A DNA stretch of 64,000 bases from an uncultured Thermoplasmatales archaeon (GCA_964581795.1 CAZOPW010000002.1:4979-68978); one strand, 5' to 3'; shown: positions 30,879 to 41,200, numbered from the stretch's first letter. Notes: a model not told the origin generated them from the letters alone. A program made the numbers and translations.

Positions 30879-31103
30879 ATGCAGAAAGATGAACTCATTC
30901 AACTGCACGCGTTCTTACTCCACATCCGAAATTGTTTGGAAGAAGAAATACAACCAATTGATAATCATTGTTTCTCAGAGTATGAAGAATTAAAGGTACA
31001 ACCTCAACAACTCTTTAAACCAAAAAAAGATCAACAACAGGCAGTCTTTGAACTTTGTAAGGGAATATCAAAACTTCTTGATATCAATGGACCATTCAAA
31101 TAA
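30879..31103 (+). CDS. Small conserved archaeal protein, UPF0058-like (tentative)
   Basis: N terminus MQKDELIQLHAFLLHIRNCLEEE resembles the UPF0058 family start; 74 aa. Confidence 0.35.
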   Translation: MQKDELIQLHAFLLHIRNCLEEEIQPIDNHCFSEYEELKVQPQQLFKPKKDQQQAVFELCKGISKLLDINGPFK

Positions 31104-31127
31104 AAAAAAAGAAATATAAGAGTACTT

Positions 31128-31685
31128 TTATAAGAACTCTTCCAACTCTCCAACATGAGGATTATTTATTCCACAACGTTTTACTGGAAAGATGTTTTCT
31201 AAAAGTTGAGTTTCAGCGATAAATGGTTTATACATTTTTACAAGTTCGCTTTCAAATTTTTTTGCATGTGGTAAATCATTTGCTGTAAAACAGATTAACC
31301 AATCAAAAATGCCGTGCATATAATAACTTGATCCAATCATGATGTCAAGTTCATCAGCTTTTTTATCAATTTCCCGGGAGATAATCTTTTTTGCAAGTTT
31401 ATCCAATGGAGTATTTGCTTTTTTAATTAACAGAACATATTCATTCATATTGATTTTTTCAAAATCAGTAACAGCATGATATCCCCAGATTGTCTCATTG
31501 TCCTCAAGTTTCTTCATGATTCTACGTACTTTTGGACCAGAAAAACCACACCGTTTTGCTAAATCATCAATACTTTCCTTTGCATAGGCCTGAAGGATTC
31601 TTATTACTTTATTTTCATCTTTCTTTACCTGTTTTCGACTTCTCTTTGCCATTGTCATCACATCTTCATATAATTTTAAAGTCAA
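31128..31685 (-). CDS. Lrp/AsnC-family transcriptional regulator
   Basis: HTH region (IRILQAYAKESIDDLAKRCGFSGPKVRRIMKKLEDNETI) followed by a RAM-domain-like C-terminal half. 185 aa. Confidence 0.6.
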   Translation of the reverse strand: MTLKLYEDVMTMAKRSRKQVKKDENKVIRILQAYAKESIDDLAKRCGFSGPKVRRIMKKLEDNETIWGYHAVTDFEKINMNEYVLLIKKANTPLDKLAKKIISREIDKKADELDIMIGSSYYMHGIFDWLICFTANDLPHAKKFESELVKMYKPFIAETQLLENIFPVKRCGINNPHVGELEEFL

Positions 31686-31808
31686 GGTATCTGGTTTTCT
31701 CCCATGATAGTGAATGATTCATATAAATGTTTTCCACGTCTTTTGTCTAAATCTTAAGAATATCGGTCAATATTATCATAAAATAATGGAAAAAAAGTAA
31801 AATAATAT

Positions 31809-33111
31809 GGCTCTTCTCCGATTTTAGGTAGTATAATGTACCGCAGTTGAATTCGTTCAATAGGGTAAAAGAATGAAAACAACGCGGTACACATATAGTA
31901 AGCTATTCAAGCATATTTATACGTTTAGAGGCTTTAGACACACAACCATCAATCATCAGAACAATAAGGTTTACATCCATCTTACAAGAACCTGGAAAAA
32001 AGGTATATGCCGGAACTGTGGAAAACGAACGACCATTCTTACAGAATATCATCAGAGAACAATTCGTGATCTTAATCTGGGACCATTGACCTGTTATCTT
32101 ACATTCAACGAACATAAACTGTATTGTTCCTGTGGATATCGTGGTTTTGAAACTATATTTTTCTGTCGACCCTTTGCCCGTTGCACAATACGATATGAAA
32201 AATACATCGTTCGACTCACGGAACGAATGACCATATCAGATGTAAGCTTGATATCTGATTTGAATTGGAAAACCGTCAAAGATATTGATAAGTACTACAT
32301 AAAAAAAAGACTCATTGGAATAAAGGATATCACTCCAAGAAGACTTGGAATTGATGAGGTAGCCTATGAGAAAGGCCATAAGTATCTGACTGTTGTAAGG
32401 GATTTGGATTTAAATCAGGTTATCTGGATAGGTGTAAATAGAAAAAGGCAGACCTTGGATTCTTTTTTCACAATACTTGGGAAAGAGAAACAACGGTTAA
32501 TAACCGTTGTAGTACTCGATATGTGGGATCCCTATATTACATCAATTCATCAGTTTTGTCCCACTGCAGATATTGTGTTTGACAAGTTTCATATTATCAA
32601 GAAGATCAATGACGCATTAGATAAAATTCGACGGGAGGAATTTGCCAAAGCAAAAAATGAAGAACGTCTTCGAATGAAACGGAAACGATTCATCATTTTA
32701 AAACGAAAGAAGAATCTAACAGAGAATCAACAAGAACAATTGCAACAATTAATGGAACAGAACAAACCACTGTACAAAGGATATCTGTTGAAAGAACAGA
32801 TCAGTGACATCTTCGACGAAGAATCATACACCCAAGCAATGCAACGGTTACAACAATGGGTTGAAAACGTGCATGAATCAGGACTCTCTACATTCAAACC
32901 GGTGTTGAAAACATTTAAACGGTATTCCTACGGAATACAAAATTACTTCCTGCATCATCTTACGAATGCAGGAAGTGAAGGATTCAACACCAAGATCAAT
33001 ATCATCAGAAGGAAAGCATATGGTTTCTGGGATCTCGACTATTTCATGTTAAAGATATATCAAGCTTGTGGAGTGATGAAGATTGAAACTACCTAAATTT
33101 GGAGAAGACTC
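31809..33111 (+). mobile_element. Complete ISL3-family insertion sequence (1303 bp) with 21-bp imperfect terminal inverted repeats and a perfect 8-bp target-site duplication
   Basis: IRL ggctcttctccgattttaggt (31809-31829); IRR reverse complement gagtcttctccaaatttaggt (33111-33091). TSD AATAATAT at 31801-31808 and 33112-33119. A single transposase ORF lies inside. GGCTCTTC-type termini and 8-bp TSDs are ISL3 hallmarks. Confidence 0.85.
31873..33096 (+). CDS. ISL3-family DDE transposase
   Basis: N-terminal zinc finger (CRNCGKRTT...CSCG), then 'GIDEVAYEKGHKYLTVVRDLD', then the C-terminal signature 'TNAGSEGFNTKINIIRRKAYGFWDLDYF' typical of IS204/IS1001/IS1096/IS1165 (ISL3) transposases. Confidence 0.8.
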   Translation: MKTTRYTYSKLFKHIYTFRGFRHTTINHQNNKVYIHLTRTWKKGICRNCGKRTTILTEYHQRTIRDLNLGPLTCYLTFNEHKLYCSCGYRGFETIFFCRPFARCTIRYEKYIVRLTERMTISDVSLISDLNWKTVKDIDKYYIKKRLIGIKDITPRRLGIDEVAYEKGHKYLTVVRDLDLNQVIWIGVNRKRQTLDSFFTILGKEKQRLITVVVLDMWDPYITSIHQFCPTADIVFDKFHIIKKINDALDKIRREEFAKAKNEERLRMKRKRFIILKRKKNLTENQQEQLQQLMEQNKPLYKGYLLKEQISDIFDEESYTQAMQRLQQWVENVHESGLSTFKPVLKTFKRYSYGIQNYFLHHLTNAGSEGFNTKINIIRRKAYGFWDLDYFMLKIYQACGVMKIETT

Positions 33112-33247
33112 AATAATATTAACAATAACATCATTTTTTTAAAATTTAACAATTGCTAATTAATTTCAATGAACTTTTCAGAATGAAAAAGATATGTAAT
33201 GGCGCAACATTTTTAGGATACAATTAATATCTCTTCAATGAATCTAA

Positions 33248-33901
33248 ATGAATCGATTACCACTACAATGCAAACCTCTTGATACTTTGTTAGGTGGAGG
33301 ATTGGAACAAAAAATAATTACTGAACTCTTTGGCGAAGCGGGAACAGGTAAAACAAACATATGTTTACAAGCAGCAAGAGAATGTGTTCTCAAAAACAAA
33401 AAGGTAGCTTATATCGATAGCGAAGGAATTTCCATAGAACGATTGAAGCAAATAATTCCAAAGACAAAACAAGAAAAATCCTTAAAAAATATTCTTATTT
33501 TTTCACCAACTACTCAATCAGATCAAGAAAAAATGATCCAGAACGCAGTAAAAATACAAGACCTCCAACTTATCATTGTTGATACACTCAATGTATTTTA
33601 TCGATTGCATTTAGAAGAAAACAAAGAAGAATGCATGCGTTCATTCACTCGACAAGTAGCAACTCTGCAAAAAGCTGCTAGAGACCTTGATTTATATGTT
33701 CTTGTCGCTGAACAAGTATATACAGATAAAAATGGTGAGGTAAAACCATTTACTAATAGAGATGTAGAACATCTTGTTAAAACCGTTATTAAATTAGAAA
33801 AAAATGAATTAGGAACACGTCAAGCAACCATTATGAAACATCGTTCAGAACCGGAAGGAAAAACAGTTTCGTTTCGCATTGAACAAGAAGGATTGAAGTA
33901 A
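33248..33901 (+). CDS. radB: DNA repair and recombination protein RadB (RadA paralog)
   Basis: 217 aa; Walker A GEAGTGKT; N-terminal 'LDTLLGGGLE...ITELFGE'; Walker B region LIIVDT. Length and motifs fit euryarchaeal RadB. Confidence 0.7.
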   Translation: MNRLPLQCKPLDTLLGGGLEQKIITELFGEAGTGKTNICLQAARECVLKNKKVAYIDSEGISIERLKQIIPKTKQEKSLKNILIFSPTTQSDQEKMIQNAVKIQDLQLIIVDTLNVFYRLHLEENKEECMRSFTRQVATLQKAARDLDLYVLVAEQVYTDKNGEVKPFTNRDVEHLVKTVIKLEKNELGTRQATIMKHRSEPEGKTVSFRIEQEGLK

Positions 33902-33905
33902 AAAT

Positions 33906-35018
33906 ATGAAACGATATCATTGGCTCCGTCAAAGTCAATATTTACCACCTCTTTCTAAGGCATGTGAAATGTGTGCAAAAGGTTCGAAAATGGTGGTATT
34001 GGTAACAGGATTATGTCCAGCTCATTGTTTTTACTGTCCATTAAGTAAGAAAAAACAACATAAGGATGTGATTTTTGCAGATGAATGGCAACTGAAAAAT
34101 GAAGATGATGTACAAATATTGATTGATGAAGCTTATGCAATTAATGCGACAGGAGCAGGAATAACTGGTGGAGACCCATTATTAGTTCCTCAACGTACTA
34201 TTAAATTTATAAAAATTTTAAAACAAACTTTTGGTAAAAAATTTCATATTCATCTTTATACATCAGGACTAAAAAATACTGATTTTATCCCAGACATGGT
34301 TGATGCAGGTTTAGATGAAATAAGATTTCATCCAGAACCAAAATATTGGAGACAAATGCAAAAAAGCCCATTTCAAAAAAGTATTTCCACTATACAGCAG
34401 CTTCCAGTTAAAACAGCTATTGAAATTCCAGTTATCCCTGGAAAATCAAAAGAAATCATTGATCTTATTGACTGGGCAAATGATCAAAACATTGATTATA
34501 TCAACCTAAATGAACTTGAGTTTTCCGAACAAAATGAAAATGAATTATATGAAAAAGACTTCACTATGAAAAATGAAGTATCCGCTGCGGCGATGGGAAG
34601 CCAAGATACCGCTTTCAAAGTTATCCATTATTTCGAATTACATCCTGTTCGCATCGGGATACATTATTGTTCCTCAGCTTTTAAAGATGCTGTTCAATTA
34701 AAAAACAGATTGAAAAGAAGAGCAAATAATATTGCAACACGCTTTGATATAATTACAGAAGAAGGAACTTTACTCAAAGGAATTATCGAACCTACCTCTA
34801 AAAAAAGTATTTCAGCTTTAAAGTCAATTCTAGAAAAAAAATTGAATTTACACAAAAATGAATATTTGATTAATCAGAAAAAACAGCGAATAGAACTTCA
34901 TCCTCATCTTTTAGATCAGCATACATCAACTTTGAATTCGTTACAAATAAAATGTTTTATTATTGAGGTATATCCAACTGCTGATCATCTAGAAGTGGAA
35001 CGAATGCCTTTGAACTAA
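33906..35018 (+). CDS. Radical SAM protein, pyruvate formate-lyase activating enzyme-like
   Basis: CxxxCxxC cluster motif (CPAHCFYCP) with an additional N-terminal CxxC (CEMCAKG). 370 aa. The start is 5 nt after the radB stop. Confidence 0.55.
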   Translation: MKRYHWLRQSQYLPPLSKACEMCAKGSKMVVLVTGLCPAHCFYCPLSKKKQHKDVIFADEWQLKNEDDVQILIDEAYAINATGAGITGGDPLLVPQRTIKFIKILKQTFGKKFHIHLYTSGLKNTDFIPDMVDAGLDEIRFHPEPKYWRQMQKSPFQKSISTIQQLPVKTAIEIPVIPGKSKEIIDLIDWANDQNIDYINLNELEFSEQNENELYEKDFTMKNEVSAAAMGSQDTAFKVIHYFELHPVRIGIHYCSSAFKDAVQLKNRLKRRANNIATRFDIITEEGTLLKGIIEPTSKKSISALKSILEKKLNLHKNEYLINQKKQRIELHPHLLDQHTSTLNSLQIKCFIIEVYPTADHLEVERMPLN

Positions 35019-35054
35019 TTAGTATTTGCTTTTTCACCTTCTGATTTTGCTAAA

Positions 35055-35068
35055 AAAGTTTTTATATA
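35055..35068 (+). promoter_or_regulatory. Candidate archaeal BRE/TATA promoter for the L7Ae-S28e-L24e cluster
   Basis: aaaaaagtttttatatagg, about 90-100 nt upstream of the L7Ae start codon. TATA-like 'tttatata' is preceded by a purine-rich BRE-like stretch. Confidence 0.3.
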
Positions 35069-35155
35069 GGTCCTCCATTGCAGAGTAACTGCGTTTCCAG
35101 TTTTATGGAAATGTTATCGATGAAAGCTTCAATGAAATAGGAGGCTAAAAAGACT

Positions 35156-35530
35156 ATGGCAATGTTCGTAAAATTTCAGACACCTAAAGAGGTACAAGAC
35201 TTAGCCTATGACCTTGTTGAAAAAGCTAGAGATATTGGTAAAATCAGCAAGGGTGCTAACGAAGTTACCAAACAAGTAGAACGAGGACAGGCAAAAATGG
35301 TAGTGATGGCTGAAGACGTTAGTCCCGAAGAGATTCTTGCTCACATGCCTATTCTCTGTGAAGAAAAAAATATACCATACGCGTATGTTCCAAGCAAAGA
35401 TGAACTTGGAAGCTCAGCGGGTTTGCACGTCCCAACTACTGCAATTGCAGTTCTTGACGCTGGAAAGGACAAATCAACACTTGAAACATTAAGCAAAAAA
35501 GTAGCTGAGTTACAAAAACAAGAATCATAA
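35156..35530 (+). CDS. rpl7ae: Ribosomal protein L7Ae
   Basis: 124 aa; 'KGANEVTKQVERGQAKMVVMAEDVSPEEI...NIPYAYVPSKDELG' is the L7Ae/L30e signature. Confidence 0.85.
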   Translation: MAMFVKFQTPKEVQDLAYDLVEKARDIGKISKGANEVTKQVERGQAKMVVMAEDVSPEEILAHMPILCEEKNIPYAYVPSKDELGSSAGLHVPTTAIAVLDAGKDKSTLETLSKKVAELQKQES

Positions 35531-35556
35531 AAATTTATTGTGTTTAGTGATCTATC

Positions 35557-35766
35557 ATGGTTGAAGGAACACCGTGCGAAATCGTGGAAATAATTCATCG
35601 AACTGGAATGGCCGGAGAAGCACAACAAGTCAAACTTCGAGTGCTTGATGGACAAGATAAAGGAAAGATCATCACACGAAATGTGATGGGTCCAGTTCAA
35701 CTTGGTGATACATTAATGCTAAGTGAAACACAACGTGAGGCAAAAAGTCTAGGTGGTCCACGTTAA
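35557..35766 (+). CDS. rps28e: Ribosomal protein S28e
   Basis: 69 aa; 'AEVIEII.RTGMxGEVTQVKVRVL...GRxIxRNVxGPV' pattern (PCEIVEIIHRTGMAGEAQQVKLRVLDG). Confidence 0.85.
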   Translation: MVEGTPCEIVEIIHRTGMAGEAQQVKLRVLDGQDKGKIITRNVMGPVQLGDTLMLSETQREAKSLGGPR

Positions 35767-35799
35767 TAAATTAATTTAATTATTAATGGTGATTTATAT

Positions 35800-35982
35800 A
35801 TGGTTGAACGAAGACGTTGTTCATTTTGTGGAAATGAAATCGAACCTGGAACAGGAAAGATTTATGTAAAAAAAGATGGAACTGTCCTTCATTTCTGCAA
35901 AAATAAATGTCAAAAGAACATGGTTAAACTCGGTCGAGTCCCACGAAGAGTTCGATGGAGTAAAGATTACGCCAAACAATAA
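35800..35982 (+). CDS. rpl24e: Ribosomal protein L24e
   Basis: 60 aa; C4 zinc ribbon [13 protein letters not shown]...FCKNKC typical of L24e. Conserved L7Ae-S28e-L24e gene order. Confidence 0.85.
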   Translation: MVERRRCSFCGNEIEPGTGKIYVKKDGTVLHFCKNKCQKNMVKLGRVPRRVRWSKDYAKQ

Positions 35983-36009
35983 AATACCCCTATTTTTTTC
36001 TTCTTTTCT

Positions 36010-37263
36010 ATGCAGTACACTCTTCCTTATGGAAAGGCCAGTCAAACAATAAACATTCCTGAAGAATATTCTGTTGAATATGTTTCAGGGAAAAGAGAGG
36101 ATAAGTCTCCTTCTTTTGAAAAACTAGTTAGACAAGCTTTTGATCATCCATTAGACGTTCCAATGCTATCAGATATTGTTCGATCTGGCGATTCAGTAAT
36201 TATTGTTGTTGATGATCACACTCGTCCTTGTCCAAGCAAACAACTGATTCCAATTGTGCTAGGTGAAATAAAAAAAGGTGGGGTTGTTAATAGTGATATC
36301 ACTATTCTTGTTGGAACAGGAACCCACGGGTCTCCAACTCAAACTCAACTTGTTCAATTACTTGGTAAATCAATTGTTCAGAAGTTTACTGTTATTTTAA
36401 ATGATAACCAGAATAGTCCGTATGTAACAGTTGGTTCTTCTTCATTAGGTCATGATATAAAGATTCATAAAACCTATATTGATGCAGATGTTAAAATCGT
36501 GATTAGTGATATTGAATATCATTATTTTGCTGGGTATGGTGGCACACGGAAAAGTATCCTGCCAGGAATTGCATCAAAAGATACCATTCAACAGAATCAT
36601 GCGATGATGTTTGAAAAACATGCAACAACCGGTTGTCGGGAAAAAAATCCAATTTCCGTTGAAATGGATGAGGCATTAGCGTTTGCTGGTTGTGATTTCA
36701 TGATTGGAGCAGTTCTTAATCAAACGCATGATATTGTTGGCCTTTGGACAGGTGAAGCTAAAAAAGTCATGGATCAAGGAGTTGAACTTGTTGATAGGTT
36801 ATTTACTAAAAAAATTAGGGAAAAACCTGATGTGATTATTACTGCAGCTGATGGAAGTCCACATGATATCAATTTGTATCAATCCTTAAAAGCAGTGCAT
36901 GCCGCTTCAAAAGTAATCAACAAGGGAGGAATCATCATGCTTGCTGCTGAATGTGCTGAAGGAATGGGAAATAATGTTTATCAAGAATGGTTAAGTAAAT
37001 ATAAAAACAGTGAAGACATTAAAAAAGCATTACAAAAACAGTTTATCATTGGTGCACACAAAGCATATTATCATCGTGAAATTATTGAAAAAAATTTGGT
37101 TTATCTCTCATCGAAATTTAATAAAAATTATGTTAAAGAAAAGCTTGGATTTAAACCAATTCAATCAATCCAAGATGGAATAAATAGTCTAATTCATGCA
37201 AAAAATGAAATCGAACAAATCCTTATTGTTCCTCGAGGTTCAACGACTCGAATTGTGTTGTAA
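36010..37263 (+). CDS. LarA-family (DUF2088) protein, lactate racemase-like nickel-pincer-cofactor enzyme homolog
   Basis: N-terminal 'LPYGK', 'VIIVVDDHTRPCP', 'ITILVGTGTHG', 'HYFAGYGGTRKSILPGIAS' match the DUF2088/LarA N-domain consensus. 417 aa. Confidence 0.6.
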   Translation: MQYTLPYGKASQTINIPEEYSVEYVSGKREDKSPSFEKLVRQAFDHPLDVPMLSDIVRSGDSVIIVVDDHTRPCPSKQLIPIVLGEIKKGGVVNSDITILVGTGTHGSPTQTQLVQLLGKSIVQKFTVILNDNQNSPYVTVGSSSLGHDIKIHKTYIDADVKIVISDIEYHYFAGYGGTRKSILPGIASKDTIQQNHAMMFEKHATTGCREKNPISVEMDEALAFAGCDFMIGAVLNQTHDIVGLWTGEAKKVMDQGVELVDRLFTKKIREKPDVIITAADGSPHDINLYQSLKAVHAASKVINKGGIIMLAAECAEGMGNNVYQEWLSKYKNSEDIKKALQKQFIIGAHKAYYHREIIEKNLVYLSSKFNKNYVKEKLGFKPIQSIQDGINSLIHAKNEIEQILIVPRGSTTRIVL

Positions 37264-37280
37264 GTTTTTTTTAAAATTAA

Positions 37281-37511
37281 GAGTCTTCTCCATTTTTAGG
37301 TTCATGTAATTCCTTTGAGAAATTGTTGTTTGTTTATCGGATCAACTAATGATTTGATTCTTATCAGATTATGATTTAGACATCCATCTTGATCTGAATG
37401 AAATCAACTTCAATAATCTAATTTTTGAGGACACAATTAAACCAATTATCCATATTTCATTCTATCTGGAGGAAATCAACAGATTTCCCAACCTAAAAAT
37501 GGAGAAGAGCC
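37281..37511. mobile_element. MITE (231 bp), a non-autonomous derivative of the ISL3 element in this window
   Basis: Ends gagtcttctccatttttaggt (37281-37301) and acctaaaaatggagaagagcc (37491-37511; reverse complement ggctcttctccatttttaggt) match the IS IRR/IRL. Perfect 8-bp TSD AAAATTAA at 37273-37280 and 37512-37519. There is no ORF inside. Confidence 0.8.
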
Positions 37512-38213
37512 AAAATTAAGAACTTTACTGATAGGGAAAGTGGTAATATTACCTTGAAATGAAGAGGATGTTGACGATAAGGATATTGATAGGTTAATAG
37601 TGATCTTTAAGTTTGCTCAGGATTTTTTTGAAACACATAAAATTGATAAAAACAAGGTTATGTTACTTTGTTATCATAATAACGAATGGTAGCGGTTATC
37701 TACTAACATGACAAGTGAAAATAATTCCTTTGTGTACTTTTCAGCAATAACTACTGGTCTTTCTATCTTACTAATTAATGGTTAACAGATGGCCGATGAG
37801 CTTTCTGAGACTATTTTTGGAGTTCCCTGATTGTTCATTATTTTTGGTATTACTGCTGCAATCATTGTTGCTGTTTTTGTGTTAGTAAAAATGGAATATA
37901 TACTTTGATAGAAAGGAATAAATTCAATTTCTTCAACTCTCTTTCTTTTCTAAAACATTAATATGAGATTAATATTATAATATTTATTAATTTATTTAAA
38001 AAAAATACATATAATACGTAGTTATTGGAATTTATATAAATATTTCGTTCTTTTTTTCATAAACTTTATAGCAATTTAGTTTATTGGTGATTACAATATT
38101 GATGAGGATTATGAAAATAAAATATTTGAGTGGAGTAATTGCTCTGTTGAGTTCTATTTAGAGGGAGTCCACTTGTATAAGGATATTTCAAAAATCTGTA
38201 TGGTGAAATTATA

Positions 38214-41200
38214 ATGTTTGGAAAAAAATTTTTAGGAATAAATAAAGCGAGAAAAACAGTAATATTGATGGGAATGCTTTTTTTAGGATTACTCATTTTT
38301 TTTATGTCGCAAGGAGTGATAGCAGCGGATTTAACTGTTCACCCAACTGCAACAAGTGCAGATCACACAACAATTCAGGATGCGATAAATGCATCATCTA
38401 ATGGAGATACAATCCGTGTCTGGAATGGTACTTATGCCGAAAATATCACTGTAAACAAAAGTATAAGTTTAGATGCTAATTCCTCTGTATTTTTAGATTT
38501 GAATGGTATAAGTGGTTATGGCGTAAATATAACTGCTAATAATACTGTTGTTCAAAATATTACTGTATCAAACTGTAGTAATGTCGGTATTTGGGTGTAT
38601 AACTCTTCTTCTCAACTTGAAAATGTTACGTTGGAAAATGTGACTGTCCATAATGGTGGAGGTGCAGGTATTGCTGTTGATAATGCCAGTTTTTGTAACA
38701 TCACCGGTTGTAATGTTGATAATGTAAGTGTAGGAGTATTTCTTGGTTATGGTAACGTGTTGGGCTTGCCTACACATTGTAATGATTGTAATGTATCAGA
38801 TACTATGGTTAGTAACATTGCCAGTATGCCTGGTGGTATTTGTCTTTATAATTCTAGTGATAATACGATTTATAATAATACTGTTTACAATGTTTCATAT
38901 ATGGGTCAACAGGCTGTTGCAATGGGTATTGCTCTCAACGGAGAGAGCACTAGAAACAATATTACGTTGAATGAGATCTATATCTCTTCAGTTGGTATAG
39001 GCTTGGCTAGTTCAAATAATACCAATGTTTCCTTGAACAACATTCATAATAATTTCTATGGCATTTATTCCTCTAGTTCTACGGGCCATAATATATCAGA
39101 TAATTCATTTTATGATGATGGCATTTATTTAACTGGTTCTGAGTTGTCTCATTATATTCACACCATAAATGCGGGTAATACTGTTGGTGGATATCCAATA
39201 AGGTATTACAAAAATAACACAGGAAGTATTGTTTTAGATGAGAATAATGATGCTGGTCAAGTTATTTTAGTTAATTGCAGTAATTTTGAAATCAGAAACA
39301 TGACATTTAATAAATCAGTTTTTACAACCGTGCATCTAGTAAATTCTGACAATGTTAATATTTCCAACTGTACTCTGACTAATTTTAGCAATTTTGGTGT
39401 TGGTATTACTGTAGTTAATTCAAACTACTGTAATATTACAAATTGTAGTGATATAAATGGACAATCAAGTGTTGATACAACTGGAATAAGTTTTACAAAT
39501 TCCTCGAATTGTACAATCAGAGATAACATCATTACAAATATGACTTATGATGGTGCTGGACCTGAGGCTTATGGAGTTAGTCTTCAGACTACTTCAAACG
39601 ATAATAGTATTATTAACAATACTGTCTCTTTTTGTGGTTCAGGTGGAATTGCTATTGTAACCAATTCATCTAATAATACAATCCTTTCAAATACTATATT
39701 TAACAGCACAGAAGCAGGTAAAGGTATATTTTTAGTATCTGGCGCCTGCAATAACTCAATTCTTGAAAACACGATTTATAATACAAATTACAGTATCCAT
39801 GTCCAAAAAGATAGAGGGGGCTGGGCAGGTCTCCCTTCTATTAAATCAAATAATAATACAATTGACAATAACACTATTTACCATAATATCGATCACGGAC
39901 TGATATTAGAGTACTCTGATAATAATACAATTTCAAATAATATAATAAATAACACAACAAATGGGTACGGAGTTTATCTATACTATTCAAATTACACTAA
40001 TTTCACTGATAACAGCGTATACAATAATTCAGATGCGGGAATTGATTTAGATGGTTCTTGTAATAATATTCTAAGTTCAAATTTTGTTTACAATAATGAA
40101 AATGATGGAATTCGTTTAAGCAGCTCTTCGAATAACAGTTTATTTGAGAATTATGTTTATGACAACTTGGATAACGGCGTTCAATTAAATTCAGCAGAAA
40201 ACAACACTATCTATCATAACAATATTTATGGCAATAATAATCAAAATGGTTTCGATGACTCGCAAGGAAATAATACTTGGTATAATGATACATATAGTGA
40301 GGGAAATTACTGGGGAGACTATCCCGGGACGGATTCTAGTAATGATGGAATTGGCGACACGGAATATACAGTTACTACCATGGGGGGAACAGATAATAAT
40401 GATTCTTATCCGTTGATAAACAAATATGGATCAATAAAGAATCTTAATACTAATGAAGTGTTTTTAACAATACAGAATGCAATAGATGATACCGACACAG
40501 TAGCAAGCCATACAATATCAATTGATACTGGAACGTATCGTGAAAATATTATTTTGGATAAGGAGTTAACCTTGACTAATGCATTAGGTGCCACTCCTGT
40601 TATTGATGGGATGGAAGGTTATGGAATAAATATTACTACAAATAATACTTTAGTTCAAAATATTTCTGTTACAAACTGTAGCTCGGGCTTAGGAATTTAT
40701 GTATTTAATTCCACTCATCCACTTGAGGATATTACATTAGAAAATATAACAATTGATGATGCCAACTTGGGTGTTGGCGTTGATAATACTACGTATTTTA
40801 ATATAACGGATAGCACCATATTTAATTGTCCGATGGGTGGTATTCTTCTTGGTTTTAGAGAACAAGTCTTAGGCCTTTCAGGTTATTGTACAAATTGTAA
40901 TCTCTCAGATAATACAGTTAGAGATGTTAATTCAGGAATTTTTATTAGAAATTCAAGTGATAATGAAATCTATGATAACACGATTTATGATGCAGGAATT
41001 GGTATAGCTGTCTATTACTCAAATAATAGTAACAATGTATCCTCAAATCAAGTCTATAATAACTCTGATAAAGGAATCTGGTTTTATAACTCAGATCATA
41101 ACAATATATCTTCAAATAATGTTTACAATAATTCCAACATTGGTATCCTTTTCCAATTATCTTCTAATGGGAACAATGTTACTTCAAATGAAGTTCATAA

